From positions 310,001 to 374,000 of the forward strand of contig BAAIJX010000012.1 of NCBI GenBank assembly GCA_054600435.1: 64,000 nucleotides of DNA, given 5' to 3'. Shown here piece by piece: positions 35,199 to 47,751 of this stretch. This DNA comes from Neophaeotheca triangularis (Eukaryota). A program made the position numbers and the translations under genes. The notes below the pieces were generated by a model. That model was given only the letters and a program-made list of their open reading frames with translations, was not told where the DNA came from and ran no database searches. Position 1 is the first letter of the stretch; every line of letters begins with the position of its first letter.

Positions 35199-35863
35199 GG
35201 AGTTTGCCGTGAGGGAGGGGTGGGTCTGAGGTCTTTATGCGGGGTCGTTTGCGTTTGACGAGTCGCGGTTGGTGCTCATGTATATACCAAGAGCTGCGAT
35301 AGAGAGACAACCGCGTTTTGCACAGAAGGGCTTAAGGACTTGTACGGTCTGGGTAGGTTTCTCATGCTTCCATCTTTGTTTGGCTGTTTGCGAAGGCATG
35401 GCAGATTTGGATCTCAGTCGATTAATCTGCAGTGCCGGCGCCGACGCATTGGAGACTCCACACCGTCGAGAGCGTCCTGCTTTCCGCTTGGCCACCGCTC
35501 TTTCCACGGCACTTGTCTTTCATGCTGCCACAGCCAAGAGCTGTCAAGGAGCCTAAACTCTACATGCAGCCTACGGGGACTTTGTACAGACCCGGCAAAA
35601 CTTCTCGCGAGCCATTGGATGCAGCAGCACAAGCGACATTCGCGCTCAATTTGGGTAATCAACACTCAACAGTCACCGATTCCAAGGACCACAAGGCAAC
35701 CCTCCTTTCCGTTCTAGAGGTAGGCTCCATGATTAACAGTCACCGTTCCAAAAAAAAAAAAACCGCAAAAAAGAACCCTCCTTTCCTGTGAAGTACTGAG
35801 GGAGAAACACCATTTAAATGCACCCAATATTCATATATATCAGGCTGGTTTTGTCTTATCCAG

Positions 35864-35956
35864 TGACAGCGCGAGGAATCGAACCTACGCCGAGACTTGA
35901 GGCAGCTAACCATGAGGAAGCGTTTGACGGCTTAACCCCGACCCCTCCCAACTACC
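35864..35956 (-). pseudogene. Degenerate tRNA-like sequence (Leu/Ser-type pseudo-tRNA or tRNA-derived element)
   Basis: Perfect B-box GGTTCGATTCC (35885-35875), D-loop-like GGTTAAGCCG, and a 3' end GCTGTCA. The stems pair poorly and no anticodon can be assigned. Confidence 0.3.
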
Positions 35957-37166
35957 TCGTGTTTTTTCAATCCGGTCACCGAAGTTTGGAGTCAAAGCTT
36001 ACAAATCTTTCTGCAAATGTTGTATATGTTGTTTAGGTTATTGGCAGGCTGGGACTGAGGGGTTAGGACTTGACGGTCTTCACCGAGCAAATGCTAACGC
36101 TAAAATGGTCACAGCGCGGGTTACCAAGGGTGCCAACTAATCTGCCAGGCCACCTGCAAAGAAGCGTCCAGCGTCCGCTGACATTGAAAGTATCCTGCCC
36201 TTTCTCCCACAGTATTTGCTTAGGAATGCAGCGTAAATGGCGAAAGTTGTCACTTTGCGGCAAGGTCCTTACCCCGATACAAGTGAGCTGTCTCAAGTGA
36301 ACTCTATCTTTGGCATCTCGCGCTCCGAAAGCTCTACCTTTTTCGGTGCTAACTTGGATGTTCTCCAGTAATCAGAGGCGTGATATCTGGTTACCACTCC
36401 GTGTTGAAGCACTGGACCCAGGGCACTCGAACACGCACAATCTAGCCCGCCGGCAAGACTACGTCAACGAGGAGTAAGCATGACAAGGATTGACAGGCAG
36501 CCCGGAAGGCGGGAAGCAATGTGATCAGCTAGCGGTATCAGTGTAAATCTTGACGAACGCTAACTCCTTCTCTTTCCCAAGACTCCTCATGATCCCGCTG
36601 ATTCAGTCAGCGAGAGACGAGGAGGCAATGCGCCAGCACCTCAATATCGTCTTCGTAGACTCCAGAACAGTCGGAGGGTATCTGGTCGATCTTGTAACAC
36701 GCGCATTGTTAATGGGATCCATCGAGCGATTGCCAAAGATAGCTAATCGTCACGTTCCAGGTCTACCTATGCATTGGCCCCTCGATCTGATCGCTGAAAG
36801 TGGACGATCGACTGCTGTCCCATGGGCCAACAAAGCAGGCAGCCTCAATCAGCACCAAGTGACAATACCAATGGAGGTGAGGAAGCAGAAAACACTATGT
36901 TCGCTCTCACAAACGTCACCCCGTCCAGTCAACCACCAAGAAACCTCTCCTTTTATGCTCTGGAGCCGTGCACTGCTCGATCTCGAAAACAACAATCACA
37001 GTCCCCAAACCTCCTACTCGGCTCGACAAGTCCTATCAAGCACTTCTTCCTCCGCGCACTTCACGACGCAGCAGTGTCTACGGACCATCAGCCCGAAGAT
37101 ACGCTTCCGCGTCCGTTGTGATCAAACACAACGATCATATCGAAACGCGAGAGTACGCATTACACC

Positions 37167-37242
37167 ACCACCAAGGATCAGAAACCACGGGCTAAACACA
37201 TATCAAGAACCAACAAGGAACCGAAGCCACGGGCTAAAAACA
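37167..37242. repeat. Imperfect tandem repeat with a 42-bp period (about 1.8 copies)
   Basis: accaccaaggatcagaaaccacgggctaaacaca versus accaacaaggaaccgaagccacgggctaaaaaca. Confidence 0.85.
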
Positions 37243-37300
37243 TTGAACTGGCTATACCACCTGGGCCCGGCCCTGAAGCAACCCAACTGCTCCGGAGAAG

Positions 37301-37504
37301 ATGTGCGGTACTCTCAACCGTACCTATAGCTGCGGCTGCACTGACAGTAATTTCATCAAGTGCTTTTACGCTCGTTTGATGAACTTCCCGCACAACTGCC
37401 TTGACGCCTGGTGGATGGTGACGATGTGGCCGTTGCCGGTCTGGAGTGTTCAGGAGACTTTTCTGTGCCCGGCATGCAACGAGGGCGTCAAAGCGATGGC
37501 GTAG
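37301..37504 (+). CDS. Small Cys-rich intracellular protein (MC..Y.CG...C...C...CxxC type), 67 aa
   Basis: MCGTLNRTYSCGC...IKC...HNC...LCPAC has the Cys spacing typical of a widespread group of small Pezizomycotina proteins. No signal peptide. Confidence 0.55.
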   Translation: MCGTLNRTYSCGCTDSNFIKCFYARLMNFPHNCLDAWWMVTMWPLPVWSVQETFLCPACNEGVKAMA

Positions 37505-38220
37505 TGGGAGTGAGCTGGACTGGAAGGCGTAGGCACACGACGAGATGGCTAGGAGCGTGGTGGCCGGTGAGCACAAAGCTGCCACCGAGAGCGAAGGCAA
37601 GGATAAAAGCCAACGGAAGGAAGCCCGGCGACCATTAAGAGCGTTGGCCTTAAGATTGCTAGCCTGTGTAACTACGACAATCACATCACGGCCTCAACGA
37701 CAATCAGAGATGCACAAGGCAAATGTGTAATGACCACCGACTTTATCTACTGCACTAAACATGTTAAGTGCAATGCTCTCCTCTAGTCCCCCTATCTATC
37801 ATCGTGCGTTCTTACCACACGAGTGTTACTATAGTGGACTTTGGTTGTGCCCTTACTCACTTACGGGCAAGTATTGTACTGCATATCAAACGATACATTC
37901 AAAGCGAAGTTTTGTCATTCGCATTGAAGTGCTCATTTCATGTCTTCCTCTAGTACTTGGCATGCAGTCGGGCACCCATACCACTTGACAGGCTTGAAAC
38001 GGCTACCAGCTTGCGTCAATGTGACGTCGAGTTGGAGAGCTTCCAAACATCCATGGATCCACGCTTAGGGCTGTCACCCCAAATATTTCCGACTGCGTAC
38101 GCGATCACTTCTGCAACACTTTACAACTACGATAAAAACCACTGTGCTTTGCGACAAGTTTGAACGGATATAACCTTCTTTAAAGCCAAGACCAACACCA
38201 CCACCACCACCACCACCACA

Positions 38221-38679
38221 ATGTCCGACGACGCACGTAAAGGCGGCGACCTTAGCGACATGGCGGTCGATGGCACCACCGTCCCAAACGACGCCGGCAA
38301 ACCCAACACCATCCCCTCCGTCCCCCGTCCGGACCAAATGGCCGAGACCCAAGCCTACCAACACGGCCTCATAGGCGCCAGCGACCCTCAAACCGCCGTC
38401 GACAACGCCCAAGACATGCCACGGGCACCCAAAGACATGGGAGCAACCGGAGACGTCATCACGGGCTATGGCGACCAACTGCCAGCGCAAGTCGAAAGCA
38501 AGAACTTGCACTTTGGCGCCAATGATCCGGTAGCCAAGGGGCATGACAGGGCTGATAAGCATGCCAGGCAGAAGGAGAGTGATTTGGAGAGGTATGCGGC
38601 TGAGGGTGCTGAGGTGAAGCCGCCGCCGGGTGAGGAGGGCGAGTCGCAGGATAAGATTCGGGATGAGAAGGGCTTGTGA
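38221..38679 (+). CDS. Hydrophilic (hydrophilin-like) hypothetical protein, 152 aa
   Basis: Good start context (CACAATG) after a (CCA)n leader, strong codon bias, D/G/A/Q-rich and without Cys or Trp. Confidence 0.82.
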   Translation: MSDDARKGGDLSDMAVDGTTVPNDAGKPNTIPSVPRPDQMAETQAYQHGLIGASDPQTAVDNAQDMPRAPKDMGATGDVITGYGDQLPAQVESKNLHFGANDPVAKGHDRADKHARQKESDLERYAAEGAEVKPPPGEEGESQDKIRDEKGL

Positions 38680-40989
38680 CGGTGATGACGAATTTTACGA
38701 TGTATATGTGTGTCGGGAACCGGATCAGTTCTACAAGCATGATATGGCGGCTTTGCATAGCGAATTTGATAATATTCTGTCCTGAGGGCAGCGAGGTCGT
38801 TATTCCATCTCTCTCCACCAGGGTTTTGCGCGTCACGGGAACATTGTATATTATTATGCTGACTTGTCGACAAGGCAGAGACCCCAAGACCTCTCGCGAT
38901 TGAACAATCTATCAGGACACTAGGTAGCATAAGTGTTAGCGGTCGAGCAGTTGGCACGCGTTACCTCGCACTTCTGGTATGAACAGGGCATCTTCTGATG
39001 ATGTTTTCCCCTCCTCTCACAGCGGACGTGTTTCTCTTTTATTCTTCGGCCATCCGTAGCAGCTGGCCGCTCTCGACCATCGCCTTCGGGGAATTGGGTG
39101 GGTCTTGTGCTGTACTCGGTGCCTGCCTCCCTGTAAAGCTCTAGACCATCCATTCGTAAGATATCTTCTACCATCGAGCTGTCCTGTGAAGACTGAAGCA
39201 GCCTTGGTCGTAGTACGTGATGCCAGGAGAGGCCAGCATAGTTAGGTGCCTTCACCATCTCCGTTTTCGCGTCAACACGCATGGGAGCACGATCTTTTTG
39301 AGAAAAGTTTCCCGGTTCTGCGCATGGGCAACGGGCCCAAAACCTTGCGTAGTACAGCGCCATTGAGAGCGTCTACTTGATAAGCTTCGATCCGAGCAAA
39401 CTCGTGCGTCAGAAGGTCGGCTCAGAATGAAGCTACTTCGTACAGCCCCGATTCAATAGAGCTGAATGCGAAATGGCAATCGCTAGGGCTGTGGTGCATC
39501 GTCGGGGCGGTTGGAGAACCCCTGAACTACCGTACTTGGAGCGGCTCGAGACTCAAAGTGAAGTTGGGCTTCGAGAGCTTCCATACTCGAGCCGCCCATT
39601 CCCACGCCTCTTTCAGTTCCACATTTGCTCTAACATCCACATCGCAGGCCCAGTCAGTCCTGAGCCTGGACCTGAGGCATACGTACCTTACTGCCGCCGG
39701 CTGCTTAGTCACTCCCGCAACGCACGGGCCGCGTGCGCAGAAACAAAACCAAGCTCGCCGCTCCGCTTCCTCCGTCTCTCCTTCTTCCTTTTCCAGCTCT
39801 CTTTGTACGTCCAACCTCCACCCATACACTCAACATCCCTTGACTAACATGTACTCCTCGAAGGCCTTTTGGCTTAGATCAAGTGTAGTATCTGTTCTGT
39901 AAGTTGCCTATTAGGAAGGAACGACCCATGATGCAGAGACTGACTCCTTCCTCTTTTAGTTTCAGTTTAATCTCTGAAACGGTCCTACGGGACCTTCAAG
40001 ATTATTCTTATTTTTGTCACCAGGTGGTGAGCTCCTGTGCTTGCGCATGCTCACCGTCACCGTGTCGCCAGTATCGCACTACCTCTGGCTGACGCGAATA
40101 CCTATCTTTTCATCAATGTATCTTCGCTTTCACTGGCGAGGGCTTGGAGAAGAGTTTGGACGCACACCTTGAGGTGCGCATAGCTTTACCTCACTTCACC
40201 TCACTTCGCCTTGGCTACGAACTGGACAGCATACGCAGCAACACAAGAGAGCATGGAGCTTTGAGTCGAATTACCTGGAACACGCTTATGTTACAAGAGA
40301 TAGGAACGCTCTTGTCTATGAAGACGTGCTGCCCACTACTAGATGCAAGCGCTCTGTACATTCTAGCTCTCGCCCCAGTCGCCAAAGATTATACAGGGCC
40401 GTCAAGGTAACAACCTCCCGTACAGTCTGCCCAGTCAAAGGCTTTTCGGCCAACTATTGCACATCACTCTTTGCAACCACTTCAGGGGATCTGGCTTTCT
40501 AGCTTACGGGACAGTGCAACACGAGAGCACGCAACAGGGAAGTCTGCTGTGGCGACTGGATAGTAGCAGTGTCCGCAAGGTCATGTCTTAATCCTTGAGG
40601 CCAGTGCGAGGGCAACACTCGTTGCCGCCGGTTTCAGGAAGCTTATACATGAATTGACTTCTTGGATGGTCAGAGCCTGAAGACACGTCGATGGGACTGG
40701 TTAGAGGAATGCTGGAAACGAGAAGCGCCATAGTGAGATATATTTGGTATTACAAGCTTGATCTGGTCGCAGACCGACTACAGAAAAGTTCAGCGGCAGC
40801 ATCAGATCTCTTCCGGAAGCCCCCATCTTCACCTCTCTAGCACCACTTGACCGTCAATCTCCCTAGCAGCCCCTAAAAGAACCCTCCACTCTCCTTCTTC
40901 CATGTATCACTCTCATCCTTCGTTTGCCTCCTCTTCCACGCCCCCAGCTCAGCAGCCCTCCAGTCGATAGAAATTGCCTCTTTCGGCAC

Positions 40990-43900
40990 CTAACCGGTAG
41001 AGATTTCCCAAAGCCCAAGATCACGGCCCTCATCTCCCTTCTTCGGCTTCCACGGCTTGCCTTTGGCCTTCAAAACCAACATAGCCTTGCTTGTGGCTGC
41101 GAACCCCTTGACGAGCGTTTGCATCTTGCCCGCAGCCACGAGGCTTTCCTGCAAGCCGTTGCGTTCATCAGCGATCGCGACGGAGAGGTCCATGGCGTCG
41201 AGCAAGTGTTCGCGAGAAATGAGGTGGCCAGCGGAGTACAGGACACCGTTGTAGGCAATGAGGAGTTCGGAGATGTATGAGGAGCGGATCTGTTGGAGGT
41301 CGTCGGCTTCTTGCTCGTCGAGGGGCGCGCGGAGTATGTTGCCGCCGACAACTGGGCTCATCTTTTCCACGACGAGGGCGAAGGCCTTGCGGAGGCGGGC
41401 GGGTGCGGCGCTGGGCCGCGGGATCTTGTTGACTTGGGCGTGTTCTTCGCGGCGCCAGATTGACATGGATTCAATGGCCTGGACGAGTTGCTGGAGCTCG
41501 TAGTAGGTACGGGATTGCTTCTGCAAGAGCTGCCATTTGAAAGCATCGTCGGTCGTTTCGGGTGCCATGTCACCGAGGTCCATCATGTTGAGGCTGCGGT
41601 TCAGGATGTCATAAGATTTGCGTTCGCTTACGATCTCGTAGGGGTAGTTCCCGACAATAGCGCGTGCGCAGGTGAAGCGGCCGGAGACTGGAGTCTGCGT
41701 TAGCACTGTGGTTGATAAACGGCGCGACTGTTGTGTTTGAACTTACTCAAGGCCTTCTTCACTGCATGCGACAGGGCCTCAAAGGTGACTTTCCACTGCC
41801 CCTTAAGCTGCTGGAACCACTGCAAAGCACTGACAATCTCCTCATCCGACTTGTCAGTCTGCTCAAGCAAGAAGTCTAGCTGAATGCGTTGAGCCGGATG
41901 AAAATCCTCCTTACTTGGCTCGAGCATCTCGAACGAACCCGCAGCAGCAGGTGTTGTGCTGATGGGATGTTCGTGAAGCGTCCATTTCATCATATCCTGC
42001 ACGATTGCCACCATGTCCAAATTACCATGACTTTGCAGCAGATTCATCATTGCCCTCTGCTCGTCCGGCTCGCGAATGTCTTGCAACACTTGACCGAGCG
42101 TAGCGCGACAACACTGCGTCGATAACACCGAGGCGTATGTTGGTATCATGTCGTACTTTCCGGCGGCACGCAGCCTTTGAATGTAAGCGACGACAACGTT
42201 GTCTTCAGCGGCAAGTTGGTCCTCTGGATATACTAAGAGCTGTGTCTTGCGCAGGATGATGGCCATGTTTGCAATCATTCGCAACGCATGGTCGTCTTTT
42301 ACGATCATTCTTTCGGGCAAGTCTTCGTCGTTCTCAGAATGCTTCTGCAGGTGTCGAATGGAGCGCTCCATCTGTCCAAGCTCCTGGTCGAGATCCGAGA
42401 CGGCATGACCGAGGGTATGTACCATGTTGCCCGGCTTGTTCGAAAGAAGAAAGCCTTGTAGCATCTTGATGGGCCGCAGACTGTCTTCCCTTATCCCATT
42501 ATGCGTGCGCCAGTGCAAAGCGAGATCATAGAGCGATGAGTCGGCTGCCTCACCGTCCCATACGGCATGGTCAGTGAAGGTGGTTTTCGCAGAGATGTCT
42601 GGCAGTCTGTTCGCGTAGTCCTGGGCCATGTGTCGGTCGAATTGCGCCTGCAGCATGGAGCTGAAGTAAATATAGAACTTGTCGTCGACCGAGTGGCACA
42701 CTTTCTCTACTGCTTCTTGATTGCCTCCCAGGATCCCGTAGACAGCTGCTTCGTAATCGCTCGAGCATCCGGACTGAGAAGTCAAGAAGCACATGCGTCT
42801 GAACAGCGCATCAGACGTCGTCTCTGCCACAACGTGACCGGTCGAATAAGCCCGCCAGGCTTCATTGCGTCCCTCAAACCAGGACTTGATCTCTTCCGAC
42901 GACTTTCCGCGCCTCAGCATCTCCCATGTAACCGCCCAAACCGCGCGATCCATCTGAGCGTCCGGTTTCTCCAATGTCCGGCCTTGACGAGCAGGCGCAT
43001 CGGGGTCAAGAGTAGTGACCAGTAGCTCAGTGTTGTCGGAACGCGTGATCTGAGGCAACGGAGAATCGATCGGGTTTGGCCAAGCGCGGATCCTCTTCTC
43101 ACCTTTGATCTTCTCACGCGTATCCACCCAGCCATGAGACCTCCCGCCAGCAGATACTCCTGAGCGCTTCTCAAGCTCTTCCACAATCTCTTCCATGTCG
43201 CTTCCCTGATTCTCGGCCGTCTGTTCAAGCCATTCCTTGACTGCCATGCGCCATTTCGCCAAATCGCTCTCAACGCAGAAGCGCTCAAAGATCTCTTGCT
43301 CAGTGCTGTAACGGTGAAGTGGGGTGAGTTGCTTGAGACGCTCTTCCTTCTCCGCCTGCAGATTCTCGGTGTCTGGTCGGTATTGAGTATCAAGAAGTAT
43401 CCGGAACAGCTCCCAGGTGTCGGCCTCTTCCTGCCATCTGCGCAATTCGTCGACTCGATCGGCTTTTTTAGAGGGGAGAGATGCGGCTTTTGCCAGGACG
43501 CTCTGCTGACGGCTTCCAGAAGACCACAGCTTCGCCCGATCGCTCCATTCCTGGCGTAGTTGCGACTTGAGGTCGCGCTCGTGGCTATGCTTGAGTTCTT
43601 CGACCATCTCCTCGGCAATTTCCTTGTATTCGATGGCCAGCGCTCTAGAAGCTTCATATGTATCGTAGTCATCTGCGCCAACAATTTCGTGAAGGTATTT
43701 ATCTAAGTTCTCAGCAAAAGTGTCAACCTCCTTGCCAACACGCTCTGCAATTTCACGGATGGGGTTGACGGCGCTGTTGACGTCGCCGGGGCCTTGGAGA
43801 GCCAGCTGCATATCTTGTCCATCGTCCTCGTCCTCCTCGTCGTCTTCATCGTCATCGTCTTCATCTTCCGGAGCTGGCCGCCGAATGTTCTTACTTCGTA

Positions 43901-44048
43901 TTTCGTCCGAGTATTGGCTATCGAGCATCTCCCAGCTGTCGCTCACGTCTCGAGCTTGCTTCCGGGTGACGCGCTTCGGGTTTGCTGCTTTAGATACACT
44001 GCTAGCTGCATTTGCGCCAGCCTGCGAACGGCGAGTGACGGGCGCCAT
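40990..44048 (-). CDS. NUP84: Nucleoporin Nup84/Nup107; intron 41688-41746; start ATG 44048 (or 44069)
   Basis: AERVGKEVDTFA, WQEEADTWELF, EWLEQTA, GWVDTREKIK, LDPDAPARQGRTL..D, WEMLRRG, EAWRA and YEAAVYGILGG. The two ORFs join in frame. Confidence 0.93.
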
Positions 44049-46536
44049 ATCTACGCGTGTAGTCGGCAATATGCGCTGACGGGAAAGGTGGTGTTGTTGT
44101 AGGAGCTCAAAGTCGCAACAAATGTTTGAAGCTTCGCAGTTCGGTGAAGTCGAAGCGCGGGAGCTTCATTAGCGCGAAGCGCAGTCACGTGAGCTCAACA
44201 TCAGCAACACTTCACCTTGACCCTTCAATTTGACACCACCCTGCGCTGTTTCCGGGTATTAATAACAAACATCACCATGATTTAGCTCTGTAATCACAAT
44301 TGATGACGTTGACAGGCGAAGCACCCTCATCTCAATCTTCTATATAAAAGTCTCTATGCAATCCACTATTGGAGCTTGTCGTTCGCGTCAAGAGCGGATA
44401 CCACAACGATACAGAATGGTAGCAAACCAGATATCTTCCTTAAGTTCCCAGGTTAGCGATACTCGACGGATGCCCAACACCAATCTGAAGTGATGAAAGT
44501 CATGTGCTGCGCCCCTCCTGGCCTTGCTGATCGCTCCCATCTTGCGGTGCTTTATTCCTGCAACCTCACGTCAGCACAAGCATACGGGACATGTCCGATG
44601 CCATATCAAATCCCAACTTCCTTATCGAGCACATATACCACACATGAGCACACTCAGACCATCTCCTTTTGCAACAAGCGAACTTTCTCGAGATTTCAAG
44701 CCTGTCTTGTTCTCCCGCCTCGAAGCGTAGCCTCGACCGGCAATATCACAAGCACAATGGAGACACTGGACTACATCGAAATTGGCGCTGGCAAGCATTA
44801 CAAACCCTCCGCAAATGCAGCGAGCAGTTGAACGATAGGTGGATTCGTCAACATAGACTGACGGATGTCAACGCATCAACGCAATTCCCCAGGCTGGTAC
44901 GGCCTAGCAGCAGCAAATAGTTACTATAGCACGCACCCCAAAAGCTCGCTAGCAGTTGTCGACTCAGAGTCGTCCCTCAGAGGTACTTGAGCAGACAACC
45001 GTCTCTACGCTGGCCCCAAAAGCAACAATCTGTACGGCACGTGCGAATACCCGGATGTCCCAATGACCCAGGAGATTCTTGGCGTCAAGAAAGGCGAACA
45101 CATTGCAGGACGGTCGTGAACTGATACCTGAAGGCGTATGCAGCCGCTTTTGTGCAAGATGCGTTTGCCAATCAAGGGGTCTGACAGAGGCATTGTCGGA
45201 TCCTTTTCTAGGCACTTCGCCGGTCAGGAAAACTTTGATGGCAGTAGCTTGCACGTGAAGAAGTTCTAGGAGCATAGCGAGACGCTGCGGACTTCCAGAG
45301 CAGTTACAGTGCTTGGTGAATCAAAGACCGCGAGGGATGCTGTTTATTTGCTCATGCGACGGCAGGCGTCAAGGTTCAGTGGATCATTCGACGTAGGTTT
45401 AACGGTGTTGCGGTGATTTGGCAGTGTAATAACAAGTCCCAAAACGATGAAATGAGCTTCAGCTACCTTTATACATACTTGTGTAACAGTGACTGTGTAC
45501 CTGCTAACAGTGACTACCTCCTAACGAACTCTGAGTAGCGACTGCACCGCACGACCACACGGGCATCGAGCAACTCTAGCGTATCGACGTGGCTATAAAT
45601 ATCCGAACTGAGGATGAACCACCAGCCTTCTCCGGCTTGCCCTTAATACGGCAGGTGGATTCACTGGATTGCATTGCATAGCAACGGCTCGGATCGTACC
45701 AGATCAATTAGCCTGAGATGGTGTCTTCAGTACACATATCACAGTTTGGTGTGAGGTGTTGGCGAGTTTGCTGGCTTTCTGGGAAGGGAGCAGGGGAGGT
45801 TTTCAAGCTATTCGTATTTGAAGTGATAGTATATGCACCAGAGGAGAGAATAAATATTAGGGAGCAACTCGTATTCGCACAAGGCAAGGTGTCGTCCAGC
45901 TATTTCCAGTCTCTCACCCCTCCCCCCTAGTGCCCTCCACCAGCGCTAGCAAGTCGGGAGCGAACCCTCTTTCGACGTTGGCCGGCAAGCAACGTGGACA
46001 AACCACACCTGCGCCTGGGCATTCTAGGTACTCTCCTCTGAAGTCAACTCCGCCGTTTCGGTTGCTGCACACTCCCAAACCACTACCGTCATCCATTCGT
46101 CGACACCAGTGACACTGACACCTCGTTGTGCATTTGGTGCTGCTGCTGCTTCATCACACTCGTTCTTGTTTACCTTCTCGTGCTGGCTACTGCTACTGTT
46201 ACAGCCGCACGGAAGAGACGCCTCCCCGCCTCGACCAGCTCCCCCCTTCCTCCTCCTCGCTTCGAGCAACGGCAAGCAGCAGGCCATCCGTCCAGTAATT
46301 AGCCGGCACAATACGCCCTTGTCGCACGCTCGGGGCGGATATTCAATTGCAGTACAGACTCGAACCTCACCTCATCCGATCCCAATCCCCTCCTCGCCCT
46401 ACCTCATCCACGGTGTCGAGCAGCAACACGTCAGTGACGTGCCTAGCTCCGAAACAACATCAACAACCACGCCCAACACTCGGCTTCTCATTATCACATA
46501 GTCGACTGATCCAAAGCCTTCATTCAATAGCCGATC

Positions 46537-47751
46537 ATGATGGATAACTCACCAGGGATGGGTCCATTGCTCAGCTGGGGTTTGTTCGCCGCCGGTGCAG
46601 CCGCTGCGGGTTACTACTATACGCAGACCGGCAAGACGCCCGACACGCGGCGCAAGTCTGTACAGAGGACTGCCCCCGTCGAGCCGACAAAGAAGGAGAA
46701 GGAGAAGCCCAAGAAGAAGGCTCCCTCCAAGCAAAAGCCAGTGGCCAATGAGCCCGCGCCTATCGCTGTCACTACAGCAGACTCGTCTTCTGACAAGAAG
46801 CGGAAGGAGGGCGATGCGGACGATGACGATTACGATGTCAGCACCAAGATGTTCGCGCAGCGCATGGCTCAGGCTAGAGAGGGCGCCAAGATCGGTGGTG
46901 GCAAGAAGGACGACTCGCGCATCAAGACGGTGAGGTCTTCCAAGGCGGAAACCAAACCTGCTGGTGTCATCAACGAGGCACCTGTTGGAGAGCCGGTTGA
47001 CAATGCCGCTACTGCTGCCGCCGGTGACGTCTCTGACATGCTCGAGCCCGCAGCTCCTGCGCCAACCACCCTTCGCGTTACTGGTGACACTGAGCAAAAG
47101 AAGAAGCCCAAGAAGCAGGCCAAGGAGGAGGAAGTTGAGACGAAGAAGCAGCGTCAGAACCGCCAAAGGGTCGAGGCTAAGAGGATCGAGCGCGAGGAGG
47201 GTGAGAAGGAACGCAAGGCTTTGGAAGAGCGTCAGCGCCGCGCAGCCCGTGAGGCTCGTGGCGAGCCGGCCAAGAATGGCATGGGTGCCGCTCCCAAGCC
47301 CTCCAATAGCGCCTGGCTCAAGCAGTCCGCTACTTCTGCTACTGAGGCCCCTTCTGCCGTCAACGGCAACAATAACGGCCAGCTACTCGACACCTTTGAC
47401 GCCGACTCCACGGCAAGTTCCAACGGCAACGAGGCCAGCACTGCCGCCACAAGCACGACCACCACTAATGGCGCCACCCAGAACAACGAAGAGGAGCAGA
47501 TGAAGCAAGCGATGCAAGAGAGCAATGACGAAGACGGCTGGGCGACCGTGGCCGCGCCGAAGAAGGGCAAGAAGAAGGTAGCGGGTGCGAACGAGGATAA
47601 CACTGCTACTGCGGCTCCTGCTGTGAAGCCAGTAGCCAATGGCACTGCTCCCGTCAAGACTGCCCTGCCTCCCAAGCCATCTATCAATGGCAATGCCAAC
47701 GGCTTCGTCGCGCTCACCGACCCCAACGAGCCCGAGGCCTGGAACCCTTGA
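46537..47751 (+). CDS. Uncharacterised protein with an N-terminal membrane anchor and a Lys/Glu-rich coiled coil
   Basis: 404-aa ORF with strong codon bias, LLSWGLFAAGAAAAGYYY anchor, and ETKKQRQNR coiled coil. Confidence 0.85.
   Translation: MMDNSPGMGPLLSWGLFAAGAAAAGYYYTQTGKTPDTRRKSVQRTAPVEPTKKEKEKPKKKAPSKQKPVANEPAPIAVTTADSSSDKKRKEGDADDDDYDVSTKMFAQRMAQAREGAKIGGGKKDDSRIKTVRSSKAETKPAGVINEAPVGEPVDNAATAAAGDVSDMLEPAAPAPTTLRVTGDTEQKKKPKKQAKEEEVETKKQRQNRQRVEAKRIEREEGEKERKALEERQRRAAREARGEPAKNGMGAAPKPSNSAWLKQSATSATEAPSAVNGNNNGQLLDTFDADSTASSNGNEASTAATSTTTTNGATQNNEEEQMKQAMQESNDEDGWATVAAPKKGKKKVAGANEDNTATAAPAVKPVANGTAPVKTALPPKPSINGNANGFVALTDPNEPEAWNP

Noticed and set aside
44200..45900. Short ORFs upstream of NUP84 (for example 44964-45275) and the 11-bp direct repeat taacagtgact near 45485 and 45506
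   Set aside because: No motifs, codon bias or consistent splice model; compatible with ordinary intergenic sequence.
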